64,000 nucleotides of DNA from positions 2,720,001-2,784,000 of the forward strand of contig OY969801.1 in NCBI GenBank assembly GCA_963703225.1, in the 5' to 3' direction. The stretch's first letter is position 1, and each line of letters begins with the position of its first letter. Made by a program: the position numbers and the translations under genes. This document shows, piece after piece, positions 19,784 to 29,682 of this stretch. The notes beneath the pieces are model-generated. The model was not told the origin of the DNA and made no database searches. It was given only the letters and a program-made list of their open reading frames with translations. This DNA comes from Candidatus Eiseniibacteriota bacterium (GTDB lineage Bacteria > Eisenbacteria > RBG-16-71-46 > SZUA-252).

Positions 19784-21979
19784 CTAGGGGCTGGGTGCCG
19801 GCGTTTCGGCCTTCGGCTCGCTCGGCACCGGCCGGTACTTCACCCCGAGGCGATCCAGCATGAAGAGCATCACGTCGGCGCGCTGCCGGTCGCGCTCGGA
19901 GAGGGCGGTCGAGACGTGGCCCGAATCGTAGCTTACTCGCAGCAGAATCGTGTTGGGCGAGCCGCTGGCCTGAAGCCTGGCGACCATCTTGTAACTCTCC
20001 CAGGAGGGGACGCGCGGGTCGTTCACGCCCGTGAGCGCCAGAACCGAGGGGTAGGTCTTGCCATCTGTCACGTGGTGATACGGAGAGTAGCGGTACATGC
20101 CCCGAAACTGCGTTGAGTCCTTCACGGTTCCGAATTCGGTCGTGTTGAACTCGCCGTTCGGCGCGAGCTCCGTCCGCAGAACGTCCCCGTATCCGACGTA
20201 GGCCACAGCGGCCTGCATCGCGTCCGGATAATGGACGAGCGTGCCGTACACGAGCAGCCCTCCCGCGCTCCCACCCTCGATCGCGAGTCGTGCCTTCCTC
20301 GTATATCCCTCCTTGACGAGATAACGAGCGCACGCGGCGAAGTCGTCCGTGGAGATTTGTTTGGTCCCCAGCCGGGCCGCCTGGTGCCACGCCTCGCCGT
20401 ACTCTCCTCCACCCCGGACGCTTGCATCGGCGTAGATGCCGCCCTGCTCGATCCACGCCTGGATGGTCGGGTCAAAGTAGGGCTGCTCGCTCAGCCCATA
20501 GCTCCCATAGCCGTAGAGAATGGCCGGGGCTTGGCCGTCGAGTGGGGTCCCCTTCCTCATGATGATGTTGATCGGAAGCTTGGTGCCATCGTCGGCCGTG
20601 GCGAAGACGCGCCGAACTTCGCAATCGTCGAAATGGGCCGATGACGACCGCGCGAGCGCGGTGGGCTGAAGCGCGGCATCGCCGGGGCCGAATCGGTAGT
20701 AGGCGGGAGGGTGTGTATAACTCTGGCTTCGCACGAGCACATCATCGCCCTGGGTACGTACGGCCTGCCCCATGAGCGCGATCTCCGACATCGCAACGAC
20801 CCCAAGCGACGTTCCGGCCAGGTCGTACAGGTGCAATTGTGTCGGCCCGCCGACCATCTCCGTGACGTAGAGCCTTGCCGCCGTAGGTGTGAACCCTTCG
20901 ATCGCGTTCTCGGTCTCCGGGACGACGACTGTGGCGTTGCTCAGCCGCGGCGTGGCGAGCGGAAGGCGAAGAATCTTCCTCTTCGGCGCGCCCGCCCGCG
21001 ACATCAGGTAGAGCGCGTCGTCCACCCCAAACTTCCCGTCGACAATGTTATCTTCAAATCGCGTGACCTGGGTCCATGCCCCGCCGGGCACGAGAAGCCA
21101 ATAGGCGTGCTCGCCCCCATCGCCATTACTGACGTCCGCCAGATTGAAGCGGCCGTCCGGGCTCGTCGAGAGCTCGATCTCGGCGATCTTGGGGAATTCC
21201 CGGCCCAACACGTAGCTGTCCGTGCTGACCGGCGTCCCCAACTTGTGAAAGTAGACCTGGACGAAGAACGGTAGATCTTCCGAAGGGCGCTCTCCCGCAC
21301 GGGGATAGCGGGTGTAGTAGACCCCGCTCGCGTCCGCGTTCCAGGTGGCGCTGCCGCCCGCCGTCCCGCCATTTACTCCTACGATGACGTCGTCGAGCCG
21401 CCGACCCGTCCCGGTCTCGTAGAAGTAGAGCGATCCATCCTCGGTGCCGCTCTTGGAGAGGGAGACGGCCACGTACTTGCCGTCCAGGGACGGGGCATAG
21501 AAGTCGATCGAGGTGCCGCCCGACGAGTCAATCGCGTTTGGATCCACGATCGGCCGCTCCGTGCTCAGGTCCATGATCGAGGTGAGCGTCACCAGCGACG
21601 GTTGTTGCTTGGGGGGTTCGTCCTTCATGAAGAAGTAGTGCCCGTCTCGATAGCTGCCCCCGTAGTGGTCGGGACTCTCGGAGTGCGTCAGTGCCACGAT
21701 CCGATCCAGAACGGCCTTCCGCTCGGGATGCCGGTCGAGCCAGGCTCGCGTGTATGCATTCTGTCCCTTCGCCCACTTCACCACCTGCGAATCCGCGGCG
21801 TTTTCCATGTATTGGTAATCGTCGTTGACCTTCTCGCCCCAGTAGGTGTTGACCACGGTGCGCTTCGGGGCCTTGGGCTGCGATGGACCCGCGGCCTTCG
21901 CGGCCTCGGCGACGTGGGAGAGATGAAGACAGGTGAGCAGCAGAGTTGCATGGAGCGAAACTACGAAGCGGCGCGACAT
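19784..21979 (-). CDS. Secreted prolyl oligopeptidase (S9A)
   Basis: Signal peptide; DDYQYME; beta-propeller; YGYGSY; RGGGEYGEAWH; GGSAGG catalytic Ser; NDPRV Asp; SGH His; SD GGAGG before ATG 21979. Confidence 0.94.
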   Translation of the reverse strand: MSRRFVVSLHATLLLTCLHLSHVAEAAKAAGPSQPKAPKRTVVNTYWGEKVNDDYQYMENAADSQVVKWAKGQNAYTRAWLDRHPERKAVLDRIVALTHSESPDHYGGSYRDGHYFFMKDEPPKQQPSLVTLTSIMDLSTERPIVDPNAIDSSGGTSIDFYAPSLDGKYVAVSLSKSGTEDGSLYFYETGTGRRLDDVIVGVNGGTAGGSATWNADASGVYYTRYPRAGERPSEDLPFFVQVYFHKLGTPVSTDSYVLGREFPKIAEIELSTSPDGRFNLADVSNGDGGEHAYWLLVPGGAWTQVTRFEDNIVDGKFGVDDALYLMSRAGAPKRKILRLPLATPRLSNATVVVPETENAIEGFTPTAARLYVTEMVGGPTQLHLYDLAGTSLGVVAMSEIALMGQAVRTQGDDVLVRSQSYTHPPAYYRFGPGDAALQPTALARSSSAHFDDCEVRRVFATADDGTKLPINIIMRKGTPLDGQAPAILYGYGSYGLSEQPYFDPTIQAWIEQGGIYADASVRGGGEYGEAWHQAARLGTKQISTDDFAACARYLVKEGYTRKARLAIEGGSAGGLLVYGTLVHYPDAMQAAVAYVGYGDVLRTELAPNGEFNTTEFGTVKDSTQFRGMYRYSPYHHVTDGKTYPSVLALTGVNDPRVPSWESYKMVARLQASGSPNTILLRVSYDSGHVSTALSERDRQRADVMLFMLDRLGVKYRPVPSEPKAETPAPSP

Positions 21980-22188
21980 AGACCTCCAATCCGCATGGTA
22001 CTCATCGAAGTGACCCGAGGGGCGACCCACGAAATGGGCGCATGTTCCTGCCGGGACTTCATTCTACCCTAACGGCTCGCCGCGGTTTTCAAACCGTCCC
22101 ACAATGCGCGCTATGCCGTTGCCCCTGGTCGCCTTAGAATAGGTGTCGCCATGACCGTGGAGCCCACCTGACGAAGTCCCTGCACCCC

Positions 22189-23283
22189 GTGCCCGCGATC
22201 GTCTCCGGAGTTCTCGAAGTTCTCCATCGAGGCGGCGGCTATCTCCGCGACCCGGCACGCTCGTTTGAGCCCGGCCCTTCCGATGCGTTCGTATCCGATC
22301 AGATCATCAAACGCTTCGCTCTGGCCACCGGAGCACTGGTCTCTGGCCCCGCACAACCGGGGAAGCAGGGTCCACGGCTCGAGGACGTGGAGTCGGTATC
22401 CGGGCTCACGCCCGAGCGGTATCGTCAGCGCACTCCCTTCGCCAACCTCGTGGCCACCAACCCGGACCGGCGCTTTCGACTGGGTCGAGGCGGCAATCCC
22501 TCCATGCGCATCGTGGACTTGGTCGCCCCGTTGGGCCGCGGATCCCGCGGCCTCATCGTATCGCCGCCCAAGGCGGGTAAGACGCAGCTGTTGGAGGACC
22601 TCACGATTGCGATCCACGCGGACGCGCCCGAAGCCCGAGTTCTGGTTCTCCTCATCGACGAGCGGCCGGAAGAAGTGACCCACTTTAAACGCCAGGTCCC
22701 GGCTGAAGTGCTGGCCAGCAGCAGCGATCAATCCTTGGCGGAGCACACTCGGATCGCGAACATGTGCATGGCCCAGGTCCGATCCGAGCTGGAATGCGGC
22801 CGCGACCTGGTGGTGCTCGTGGATAGCATTACTCGCATGGGTCGGGCTTTCAATTCGTATGGATCCAACTCGGGCCGAACCATGAGCGGTGGATTGGACT
22901 CCCGCGCCCTAGAAATCCCGCGAAAATTCTTCGGGATGGCGCGATCCGTGGAAGGCGGCGGATCGATCACGGTTGTGGCGACCGCATTGATCGAAACCGG
23001 ATCGCGGATGGACGACATGATATTCGAGGAGTTCAAGGGAACCGGAAACAGCGAGATCGTGCTGGATCGATCGCTGGCCGATCAGCGGGTGTTTCCGGCA
23101 ATCAATCTGTCCAAGTCGGGCACACGCCGCGACGAGTTGCTCTATTCGAAGGAAGAGATTGGCGCGATCAACCGCCTGCGTCGTCGGCTGCTGGACCTGC
23201 CGCCGAATCAGGCGATCCTCAACTTGCTGAAGATGCTGGAGCGGTGGGCCACCAACGAGGAGTTGCTGCAGCACATCGAGTGA
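22189..23283 (+). CDS. rho: Transcription termination factor Rho, short form lacking the N-terminal helical bundle
   Basis: GVLEVL..GGGYLR OB-fold; PLGRGSRGLIVSPPKAGKT; LIDERPEEVT; VDSITR; SGRTMSGGLD; ATALIETGSRMDDMIFEEFKGTGNSE; SGTRRDELL. Confidence 0.93.
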   Translation: MPAIVSGVLEVLHRGGGYLRDPARSFEPGPSDAFVSDQIIKRFALATGALVSGPAQPGKQGPRLEDVESVSGLTPERYRQRTPFANLVATNPDRRFRLGRGGNPSMRIVDLVAPLGRGSRGLIVSPPKAGKTQLLEDLTIAIHADAPEARVLVLLIDERPEEVTHFKRQVPAEVLASSSDQSLAEHTRIANMCMAQVRSELECGRDLVVLVDSITRMGRAFNSYGSNSGRTMSGGLDSRALEIPRKFFGMARSVEGGGSITVVATALIETGSRMDDMIFEEFKGTGNSEIVLDRSLADQRVFPAINLSKSGTRRDELLYSKEEIGAINRLRRRLLDLPPNQAILNLLKMLERWATNEELLQHIE

Positions 23284-23306
23284 ACCCAAGAGGTCCGGGG
23301 GACTCC

Positions 23307-25244
23307 ATGCCCTGTACGACCTGCCCCAGATGGAATCCATCCTGGTCGCGAGCGGCCGCGCGATGCTTACTCGCCGTGACCCTCACCAGTGCGGGTTGCG
23401 CTGGCTCCCGGAGCCCTCGAACGGCCTATCTGCAGATCATCCGCCCGGACCAGAGGCCGCCCCTCGTAGGCACTCGCGCGGCAGCTGACTCGCTCTACGG
23501 AGACGCACTGCAGAGTCTGCAGGGCGACGGAATCTCGGAAGATCGTCGCGATTCGCTCGAAGCGCTCGTCCGACGCTTCACGCCGACGCTCGTACTTCCG
23601 GAGGACGATGCCGTGAGCGTCGGGAAACGGCGATTCCAGCTCGTCCCCTGCGATCCCTGGCTGCTTGCCGACACGCTTCACATCGACCGAATCGATGCGG
23701 CGCCCTACCAGCTCCAGAACTACGCGAGCGTTCCGCTTCACAACCTCGAGCCGGACTCGCTCGGGCGCCTCGTGGATGACGCACTCCGATATCAGAGCGA
23801 CCCCGATCACCTCGAGATCTGGTACTTCGACTTTCCCGGGGAATCTCCCCGGCGCTGGTGGGAGGAGTACGCCCGCCTCCGTGCCGGGCCCGATAGCGCC
23901 CGATGGGCGAAGCCCGTGGTGTGGGCGCACCCTTACCTCAACGGAGTGGGACGTGTCGTGCTGCAGTACTGGTACTTCTATCCCTTCAACGATCACATCA
24001 GCGATCACGAGGGCGATTGGGAGCACGTGAACGTGGTCCTCAACGAGGACCGCGCGTCGATTCGGGAGATCCACTACTACTTCCACGGACGGAGCGTTCA
24101 CCTCCCACAAGGCGAGTACCTTCCTGAGATCGAAGACGGTACCCATCCGGTGGTGTACGTGGGTGGCCGCTCCTACATGGTGTGGGATTACCCCACCCGC
24201 ATCCTGAACGGCGATCATAACTCCGGGTCGCACGGCAATTATCCCTACCCCGGCGAGTGGGAGGCGGCGGCCGCACTCGGCCACACCGAGAGTGTCGGAG
24301 GGCGAGGTAAAGACCCGGGCCGGACCGTGACCTATGACGAGTTCCGCACGGTGCTGACCCCAGAGGCGAGCCGAATCGATTATCGGGCTCACCCCGAGGT
24401 GCTCCTCGATTGGGCCCCGCTTCTCATGCCGGTCCGATGGGGCTTCCCAAGCGGCCCCTCGGTTGCATCGGCCTTCAAGCTGACGGACGTGGGCAACCGC
24501 GCGCCCTTCGGACCGGCGTTCAACGCCGGCTGGAATCGCACGGCGCCGGGCCTCGCCTATCCAAACTATCGGGTGAGGCGGATCCCGACAATGCAGTCCT
24601 ACCTGGAGGATTTGCTCCAACCCTGGTACTACGCCTACATCTTTCGCCACCCGCGGTACGTGCACGACACGCGGGGCACGCTCGAGCGCCAGGAGCTGGA
24701 GCGGCTGGGACTCGCCCCTCGAAGCGGCTGGGACGAGCGGGGAATCGGCTCCCCAATCCTTGGGCTCCACATCGGCTTTCCGCAGGGCGATTTCTCTAAC
24801 CAGTACAAGACTTCGGTTGGGTTTCTCTTGTGGAGGGATCTCTGGATCAAGGCCCGCTTCGGATTCCTCGAGCTGGGCGGCGGCTACCAGAAGTTCGAGA
24901 CGCATGAGAAAGGGGCCGGATCCATTTTCACCTACCCCATTACGGCCAGCATCACGTTGCACGGACCGGAAGGCATCGTGCGGCCGTATTTCACCGTGGG
25001 AGTAGGCCCAAGTGGCTGGGAATCTCGGCAGCGGATTCCCAATACCGACTCCAAGATCGTGACCTCTGGGTGGGGAGGTGGCGCGATCGGGACCGTCGGG
25101 ATCGAGTACTACCTGCGACCGAAAGTGGCCTTCGATCTCGGCGTGCGTTACCTCGACCTGCCCGGCCCCGGCTCAGGCGCGGGCTTCGACGGCGACCGGC
25201 TCCGCTTCATCGGCCTCTGGGCTGGCCACTACATTCGTTTCTAA
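23307..25244 (+). CDS. Putative lipoprotein: Vps62/NPP1-like domain fused to a C-terminal outer-membrane beta-barrel
   Basis: Lipobox-like LTSAGC; QYWYFYPFND...HEGDWEHVNV...HYYFHG...THPVVYVG; amphipathic C-terminal strands (RPYFTVGVG, GTVGIEYYL, DLGVRY) ending in Phe. Confidence 0.65.
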   Translation: MPCTTCPRWNPSWSRAAARCLLAVTLTSAGCAGSRSPRTAYLQIIRPDQRPPLVGTRAAADSLYGDALQSLQGDGISEDRRDSLEALVRRFTPTLVLPEDDAVSVGKRRFQLVPCDPWLLADTLHIDRIDAAPYQLQNYASVPLHNLEPDSLGRLVDDALRYQSDPDHLEIWYFDFPGESPRRWWEEYARLRAGPDSARWAKPVVWAHPYLNGVGRVVLQYWYFYPFNDHISDHEGDWEHVNVVLNEDRASIREIHYYFHGRSVHLPQGEYLPEIEDGTHPVVYVGGRSYMVWDYPTRILNGDHNSGSHGNYPYPGEWEAAAALGHTESVGGRGKDPGRTVTYDEFRTVLTPEASRIDYRAHPEVLLDWAPLLMPVRWGFPSGPSVASAFKLTDVGNRAPFGPAFNAGWNRTAPGLAYPNYRVRRIPTMQSYLEDLLQPWYYAYIFRHPRYVHDTRGTLERQELERLGLAPRSGWDERGIGSPILGLHIGFPQGDFSNQYKTSVGFLLWRDLWIKARFGFLELGGGYQKFETHEKGAGSIFTYPITASITLHGPEGIVRPYFTVGVGPSGWESRQRIPNTDSKIVTSGWGGGAIGTVGIEYYLRPKVAFDLGVRYLDLPGPGSGAGFDGDRLRFIGLWAGHYIRF

Positions 25245-27598
25245 CCCAGCCCGAGTTGTCGCAAGATTTGACGGAACTGAGGCGTGCTGCGCAGGGCGTC
25301 AAAGCGCGGGTCGACGGCGAGATCCTTGACCCCCGAGGGCTGCTCTCGGCGGGCCTTGTCGATCCATTCGAGGGCTCGGTCCCCTTTCGCCAGCCCGACC
25401 CAGACCAGACCGATGTCGAACGGAACGGTCTGCCCTCGAGCCGCGAGCCGCTCCAGCTCGCCGAGGATGCGTTCGGCGTCGAGGCGCCTGCCCGAACGGG
25501 CCAAGACATATCCGAGCCCGCCAAGAGTGTGGGACCCACCGCCCGCGAGCGCCCGGGCCGTCTCGCAGGCGACGATCGCCGAGTCGATATCCCCATTCTG
25601 AGCAAACGCCATCCCGAGGTAGAGATGCGTCGGCGCAAAGGCGGGATCGAGATCGCGCCCGAGCCGATGCTGCCGGATGGCATCCGAGTATCGCCGGGCA
25701 AAGAAGTATGCGTCGCCGAGATTGGCGTTCATGATCAGCGAAAGCGGGTCGAGTTCGAGAGCGCGGCGTGCCTCGGAAATAGCCTCGTCAAACCGCCCTC
25801 GGTCGCGAAGGAGGATCGAGTACCAGTGATGTGCCGTGGCATAACTGGGCCGCAACTCGATGGCACGCTTGAAATCGGCCTCCGCCCCAGCCCAATCCCA
25901 CCGACGGTACAGTTTCACCAAACCCAGCGCCGGGTAGGCCTCCGCCAACTGGTCATCGATCGCGAGCGCCTTCTTTGCCGCGTCCTCCGCAAGCGGGAGG
26001 GCCTTTTCGGCATCCAATCCCGAGTAGGTATCCTGCAGCACGTACACATCGGCCAAGCCGGCGTAGGCTAGGGCGAATCGAGGATCGATCTCGGCCGCGC
26101 TCAGAAAGTGACGACGCGCCTCCTCGAGGCTGGCCCGGGTCCGTGTGGCCCACTCATGCCGCCCCTTCAAGTACTCGTCGTAGGCCTCGGGATTGACGCG
26201 ATCGGCCCGCGCGAGTGCTTCCTTCTCCCTCGAGGTGAGTCGAACGTTGACTTGTTCCGCGATCGCCCCAGCCAGGTCCCCCTGCAGCGCAATGACGTCG
26301 CCGACCTCGCGCTCGTAGGTGTTGGCCCAGAGGTGTCGATCTGCCGCCGCGTCGAGCAGCTGGGCGCTGATCCGCACGCGGTTCCCCGAGCGAAGCACCG
26401 TGCCTTCGACCACCGCGTTCACATGAAGCTCCCGCGCGATCTGAGGCAGGGACTTTCCCGATCCCTGGTACCGCATGACCGAGGTCCGAGAGATCACCCG
26501 GAGGCTGCCGATCTGGGCTAGCCTGGTGATCAGCGCATCGGTCATCCCGTCCGCAAAGTAGCCCTGCTGCGAATCGCCCGACAGATCCTCGAGGGGCAGC
26601 ACCGCCAGCGACTCGATGTGCACGGGAGCCGATGTACGCAATCCGCCTCGGAGCTGGGGGAAGAGGACGAGAGCGCCCGCCGCGAGGCCCACGGCAGCCG
26701 CGACCCCCACGATGACCCACGGTCGTCGGCGTCGGGGAGCCCGGTGCGATGCCAGAGTCACCCGCGTGGCGCCCGCACCTTGCAAGGCACCTGCCACCTC
26801 GCCAGCCGTCGAGAACCGGCGCTCGGGCTCCTTCTCCAAGGATCTTAAGATCACCGCTTCAAGAGCCGGTGAAATGCCCGGCACAATCGCGGTCGGATTC
26901 CTCGGAGGATCTTTGAGGACCGCATCGATGAGGGTCGCCGCCGTCTCCTGGGCAAAGGCCCGGACGCCCGTCGCGATCTCGTAGAGCACGGCACCCAGCG
27001 CGTAAATGTCGGAGCGCGCGTCCGCGCGCGCTCCACGGAACTGCTCGGGCGCGATGTACGGTAGGGTCCCCGCGATCTGGCCGGCCTCGGTGAGGCTCTC
27101 CATGCCGCCCCGATCCGACTCCAGCGCCTTCGCGAGGCCGAAGTCCAGGACCTTGACGGCGCCGCGAGCGGTCAGCATCACGTTCCCCGGCTTCAGGTCG
27201 CGGTGAACGATTCCCGACGCGTGGGCCTCTTCGAGCGCGTCGGCGACCTGGACACCGATCGACAGAACGTCCGGCTCGGAAAAACAGCCATCCTGAAGCC
27301 GATGGGCAAGGGTCTCCCCCCGTACGAATTCCATGACGAGGAAATCGACGCCGTCCTGCGAGTCAAAATCGTAGATCAGGTTGATGTTGGGATGGTTCAA
27401 CCTCGAGAGGACAAGCGCTTCCTTGCGGAGGCGCTTGCGCGCGCCGTCATCCGCGACGAGGCTCGGAGACAAGACCTTGAGCGCGACATCGCGGTCGAGG
27501 CGTTCATCTCTGGCGCGATACACGACGCCCATGCCGCCCGCGCCGACCTGCTCGATGATTTGGTAGTGAGAGAGGGTCTTGCCGATCAGGGTATCCAC
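25241..27598 (-). CDS. Hanks-type Ser/Thr protein kinase with a TM helix, a TolB-N-like domain and TPRs
   Basis: GAGGMGVVY, VALK, HRDLKPGN, DFGLAK, APE; TM WVIVGVAAAVGL; SLAVLPLEDLSGD..YFADGMTDALI; TPR repeats. Confidence 0.93.
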   Translation of the reverse strand: MDTLIGKTLSHYQIIEQVGAGGMGVVYRARDERLDRDVALKVLSPSLVADDGARKRLRKEALVLSRLNHPNINLIYDFDSQDGVDFLVMEFVRGETLAHRLQDGCFSEPDVLSIGVQVADALEEAHASGIVHRDLKPGNVMLTARGAVKVLDFGLAKALESDRGGMESLTEAGQIAGTLPYIAPEQFRGARADARSDIYALGAVLYEIATGVRAFAQETAATLIDAVLKDPPRNPTAIVPGISPALEAVILRSLEKEPERRFSTAGEVAGALQGAGATRVTLASHRAPRRRRPWVIVGVAAAVGLAAGALVLFPQLRGGLRTSAPVHIESLAVLPLEDLSGDSQQGYFADGMTDALITRLAQIGSLRVISRTSVMRYQGSGKSLPQIARELHVNAVVEGTVLRSGNRVRISAQLLDAAADRHLWANTYEREVGDVIALQGDLAGAIAEQVNVRLTSREKEALARADRVNPEAYDEYLKGRHEWATRTRASLEEARRHFLSAAEIDPRFALAYAGLADVYVLQDTYSGLDAEKALPLAEDAAKKALAIDDQLAEAYPALGLVKLYRRWDWAGAEADFKRAIELRPSYATAHHWYSILLRDRGRFDEAISEARRALELDPLSLIMNANLGDAYFFARRYSDAIRQHRLGRDLDPAFAPTHLYLGMAFAQNGDIDSAIVACETARALAGGGSHTLGGLGYVLARSGRRLDAERILGELERLAARGQTVPFDIGLVWVGLAKGDRALEWIDKARREQPSGVKDLAVDPRFDALRSTPQFRQILRQLGLG

Positions 27599-27737
27599 GG
27601 ATCGCGCCAGGTGGAACCACCTCCGCGCGTTGTGCCGGGGAAGACGCCGGGTCAGCGCCTGCGGGGAGCTGCTATGGTGCCGGCCGCGGTTTCGCCAGGA
27701 TCCACCATCAGAGCATCCGCCTGAGTCAGGCGGGCCG

Positions 27738-28898
27738 TCAAGGCCTATGTGATCGCCATCGGTCGACTGCGGCATCGCCCACGACGGCGCGTGCCCGACG
27801 CTCAACCTCGGCTGGATTCAATCGTCCCGCCGCGACCGCGTCGACAAACCACGCTTCGAAGCGCCCGCCCCGTTCCGCGAGACCGGTCTCCCGAATGAGG
27901 TGGTACATCGCGGCCGCAAGGAGATGCATCCCGTCATCGCCCTTTTCCCAGCGCTTCCCTGCTGGCTCGGCCAAGCCCAATCGTTCGTTCACGACCTGCT
28001 CGAGGGCCTGCACGGCATCCTCCTCGACGTATCCTGCCACGGTGGTATACCCGAAGGAGGGGTTGTGCTCGCGCACGATTCGCACGATCAGCGAGTCTTG
28101 GTTGAACGCGGCCACCGTCTCGGCCACGCGCGGGTCGGACGCGTTGTAGGGCGGATGGAGCGGTTCATGCGCCGCGTTCCGGAGCACGATGGACGCCGGG
28201 TACCCGATGTTGGTCAGGAACCGGCCTCCCTGAATGCGAATTCCATGCGGACGGGAGTATTGGAGCAGGATGACCTCGATCCGACCCTGCTGAAGCTCGT
28301 GGCCGATGAGGCGGGACTGTTCCCCGAGGACATCGTATCGAGCGAGCTCGGTTCGCAGCGCGGTCACTCGCGCGGTCGCCCCTTTGCCGACGAGGCTCTC
28401 CCAATCCCGGCTGAACCCCGCCCGGCGCATCGCATCGAGCGCGGCGATCACATCGGGGCGAACTCGCTGGAATAGCTTCCATGAGTCCTCGTCCCAAAAG
28501 CTCGAGGCGCGAAACGATGCCTCCAAACGTGACGGGGCGCGAGCGCTCGCCAGAACCGCCGCAAGGGTCGAGTCCGGCCCGCCTGAGAAGACCAGGGTCA
28601 GGAAGGCCGAAACAATTCCGCCTTGTTCGTCCTTGATGACCGCCTTCAGACGGCGCGCGGCGCGGCGCGCCTCCGCGTATCGCGGTTCCGCGAACGAGGA
28701 GTCTTCCCCCGCGTATTGCTCCAGATAATACGAATCGCCGGAAAGGAGGTTCAGCGCGCAGAGGGCGTCAAAACCCTCCGACGTTCGGGTCTCCCATCGA
28801 GTACTCGCTGAGGCGCTGCCGCGGCCGATCATGGGAGCCGTCGCGGCAAGAAAGCTGGCCGCGACGCAGGCCAGAAAGAGGTAGCGCGTGGCACTCAT
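27738..28898 (-). CDS. Secreted hypothetical protein
   Basis: Long ORF with typical codon bias and a signal peptide; contains HEPLH (HExxH, possible metalloprotease motif). Confidence 0.7.
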   Translation of the reverse strand: MSATRYLFLACVAASFLAATAPMIGRGSASASTRWETRTSEGFDALCALNLLSGDSYYLEQYAGEDSSFAEPRYAEARRAARRLKAVIKDEQGGIVSAFLTLVFSGGPDSTLAAVLASARAPSRLEASFRASSFWDEDSWKLFQRVRPDVIAALDAMRRAGFSRDWESLVGKGATARVTALRTELARYDVLGEQSRLIGHELQQGRIEVILLQYSRPHGIRIQGGRFLTNIGYPASIVLRNAAHEPLHPPYNASDPRVAETVAAFNQDSLIVRIVREHNPSFGYTTVAGYVEEDAVQALEQVVNERLGLAEPAGKRWEKGDDGMHLLAAAMYHLIRETGLAERGGRFEAWFVDAVAAGRLNPAEVERRARAVVGDAAVDRWRSHRP

Positions 28899-28925
28899 GG
28901 AAGGACGATAGCAATCCGTGTTCGA

Positions 28926-29678
28926 TCACGATTGAACAGATGTGATCTCTGGATCAAGTCGAAGAGATTTGCGGAGTGCGCCCGGATTCAACCCCATTCG
29001 GGCCTTGAAATCCCGGGTGAGATGGGCCTGATCCGCGTAGCCGGCCTCCAGCGCAATTGATGCCAGAGGAGTCGCGAAAGCGGCAACCATGCTGAGAGCG
29101 CGCCGAAACCTCTGTTCGGAGCGAAATACCGAGGGCGGCAACCCAAAATGGCGGCGAAAGATTCGACTGGCGTGCTCACGCGTCATCCCCAGCTGGCCGG
29201 CTGCGGCGCCCACGTGGTGGTGAGGATCGATGGCCAGCCCATCGGCCATCTCCGAGAGTGCTGGGGAGGGTTCGAGCGCCGGAGATTCCTCGGCATGCGC
29301 CAATACCTCGGCAATGGCGTCACGGTCCAGCATCGATCGGAGTCGGATCGAGTCCGGGTCCCGCGGACGCCACACTCCATACGTCGGCGCGGGACTTGTC
29401 CACGGACGGCCGGTCAGAACGATGTTCAGCACGCGGGTTTGACGCGCGGCAAACCGGTTCATGTGAAGGTGCATCGGAGGATGAACCACGAGGTCGCCCG
29501 GCTCGCATCGCCAGGCACCGTCCACACTGCATTCATCGTAACCGCCCTCCAGCACGAGGGCGACATACGGCGCCGAGTGTCGGTGCAGCGTGGCACGGCC
29601 GCCAGCCGGGTGGCGCGTCACGAACGTCCGCAACCGCCCCGCCGGCCATCCAAGGCGCGGGCAGAATCGCTGCTTCAA
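28926..29678 (-). CDS. AraC-family transcriptional regulator with an N-terminal cupin
   Basis: HRH...VLEGGY cupin; HASRIFRRHFGLPP and IALEAGYADQAHLTRDFK double HTH. Confidence 0.9.
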   Translation of the reverse strand: MKQRFCPRLGWPAGRLRTFVTRHPAGGRATLHRHSAPYVALVLEGGYDECSVDGAWRCEPGDLVVHPPMHLHMNRFAARQTRVLNIVLTGRPWTSPAPTYGVWRPRDPDSIRLRSMLDRDAIAEVLAHAEESPALEPSPALSEMADGLAIDPHHHVGAAAGQLGMTREHASRIFRRHFGLPPSVFRSEQRFRRALSMVAAFATPLASIALEAGYADQAHLTRDFKARMGLNPGALRKSLRLDPEITSVQS

Positions 29679-29682
29679 GGAT

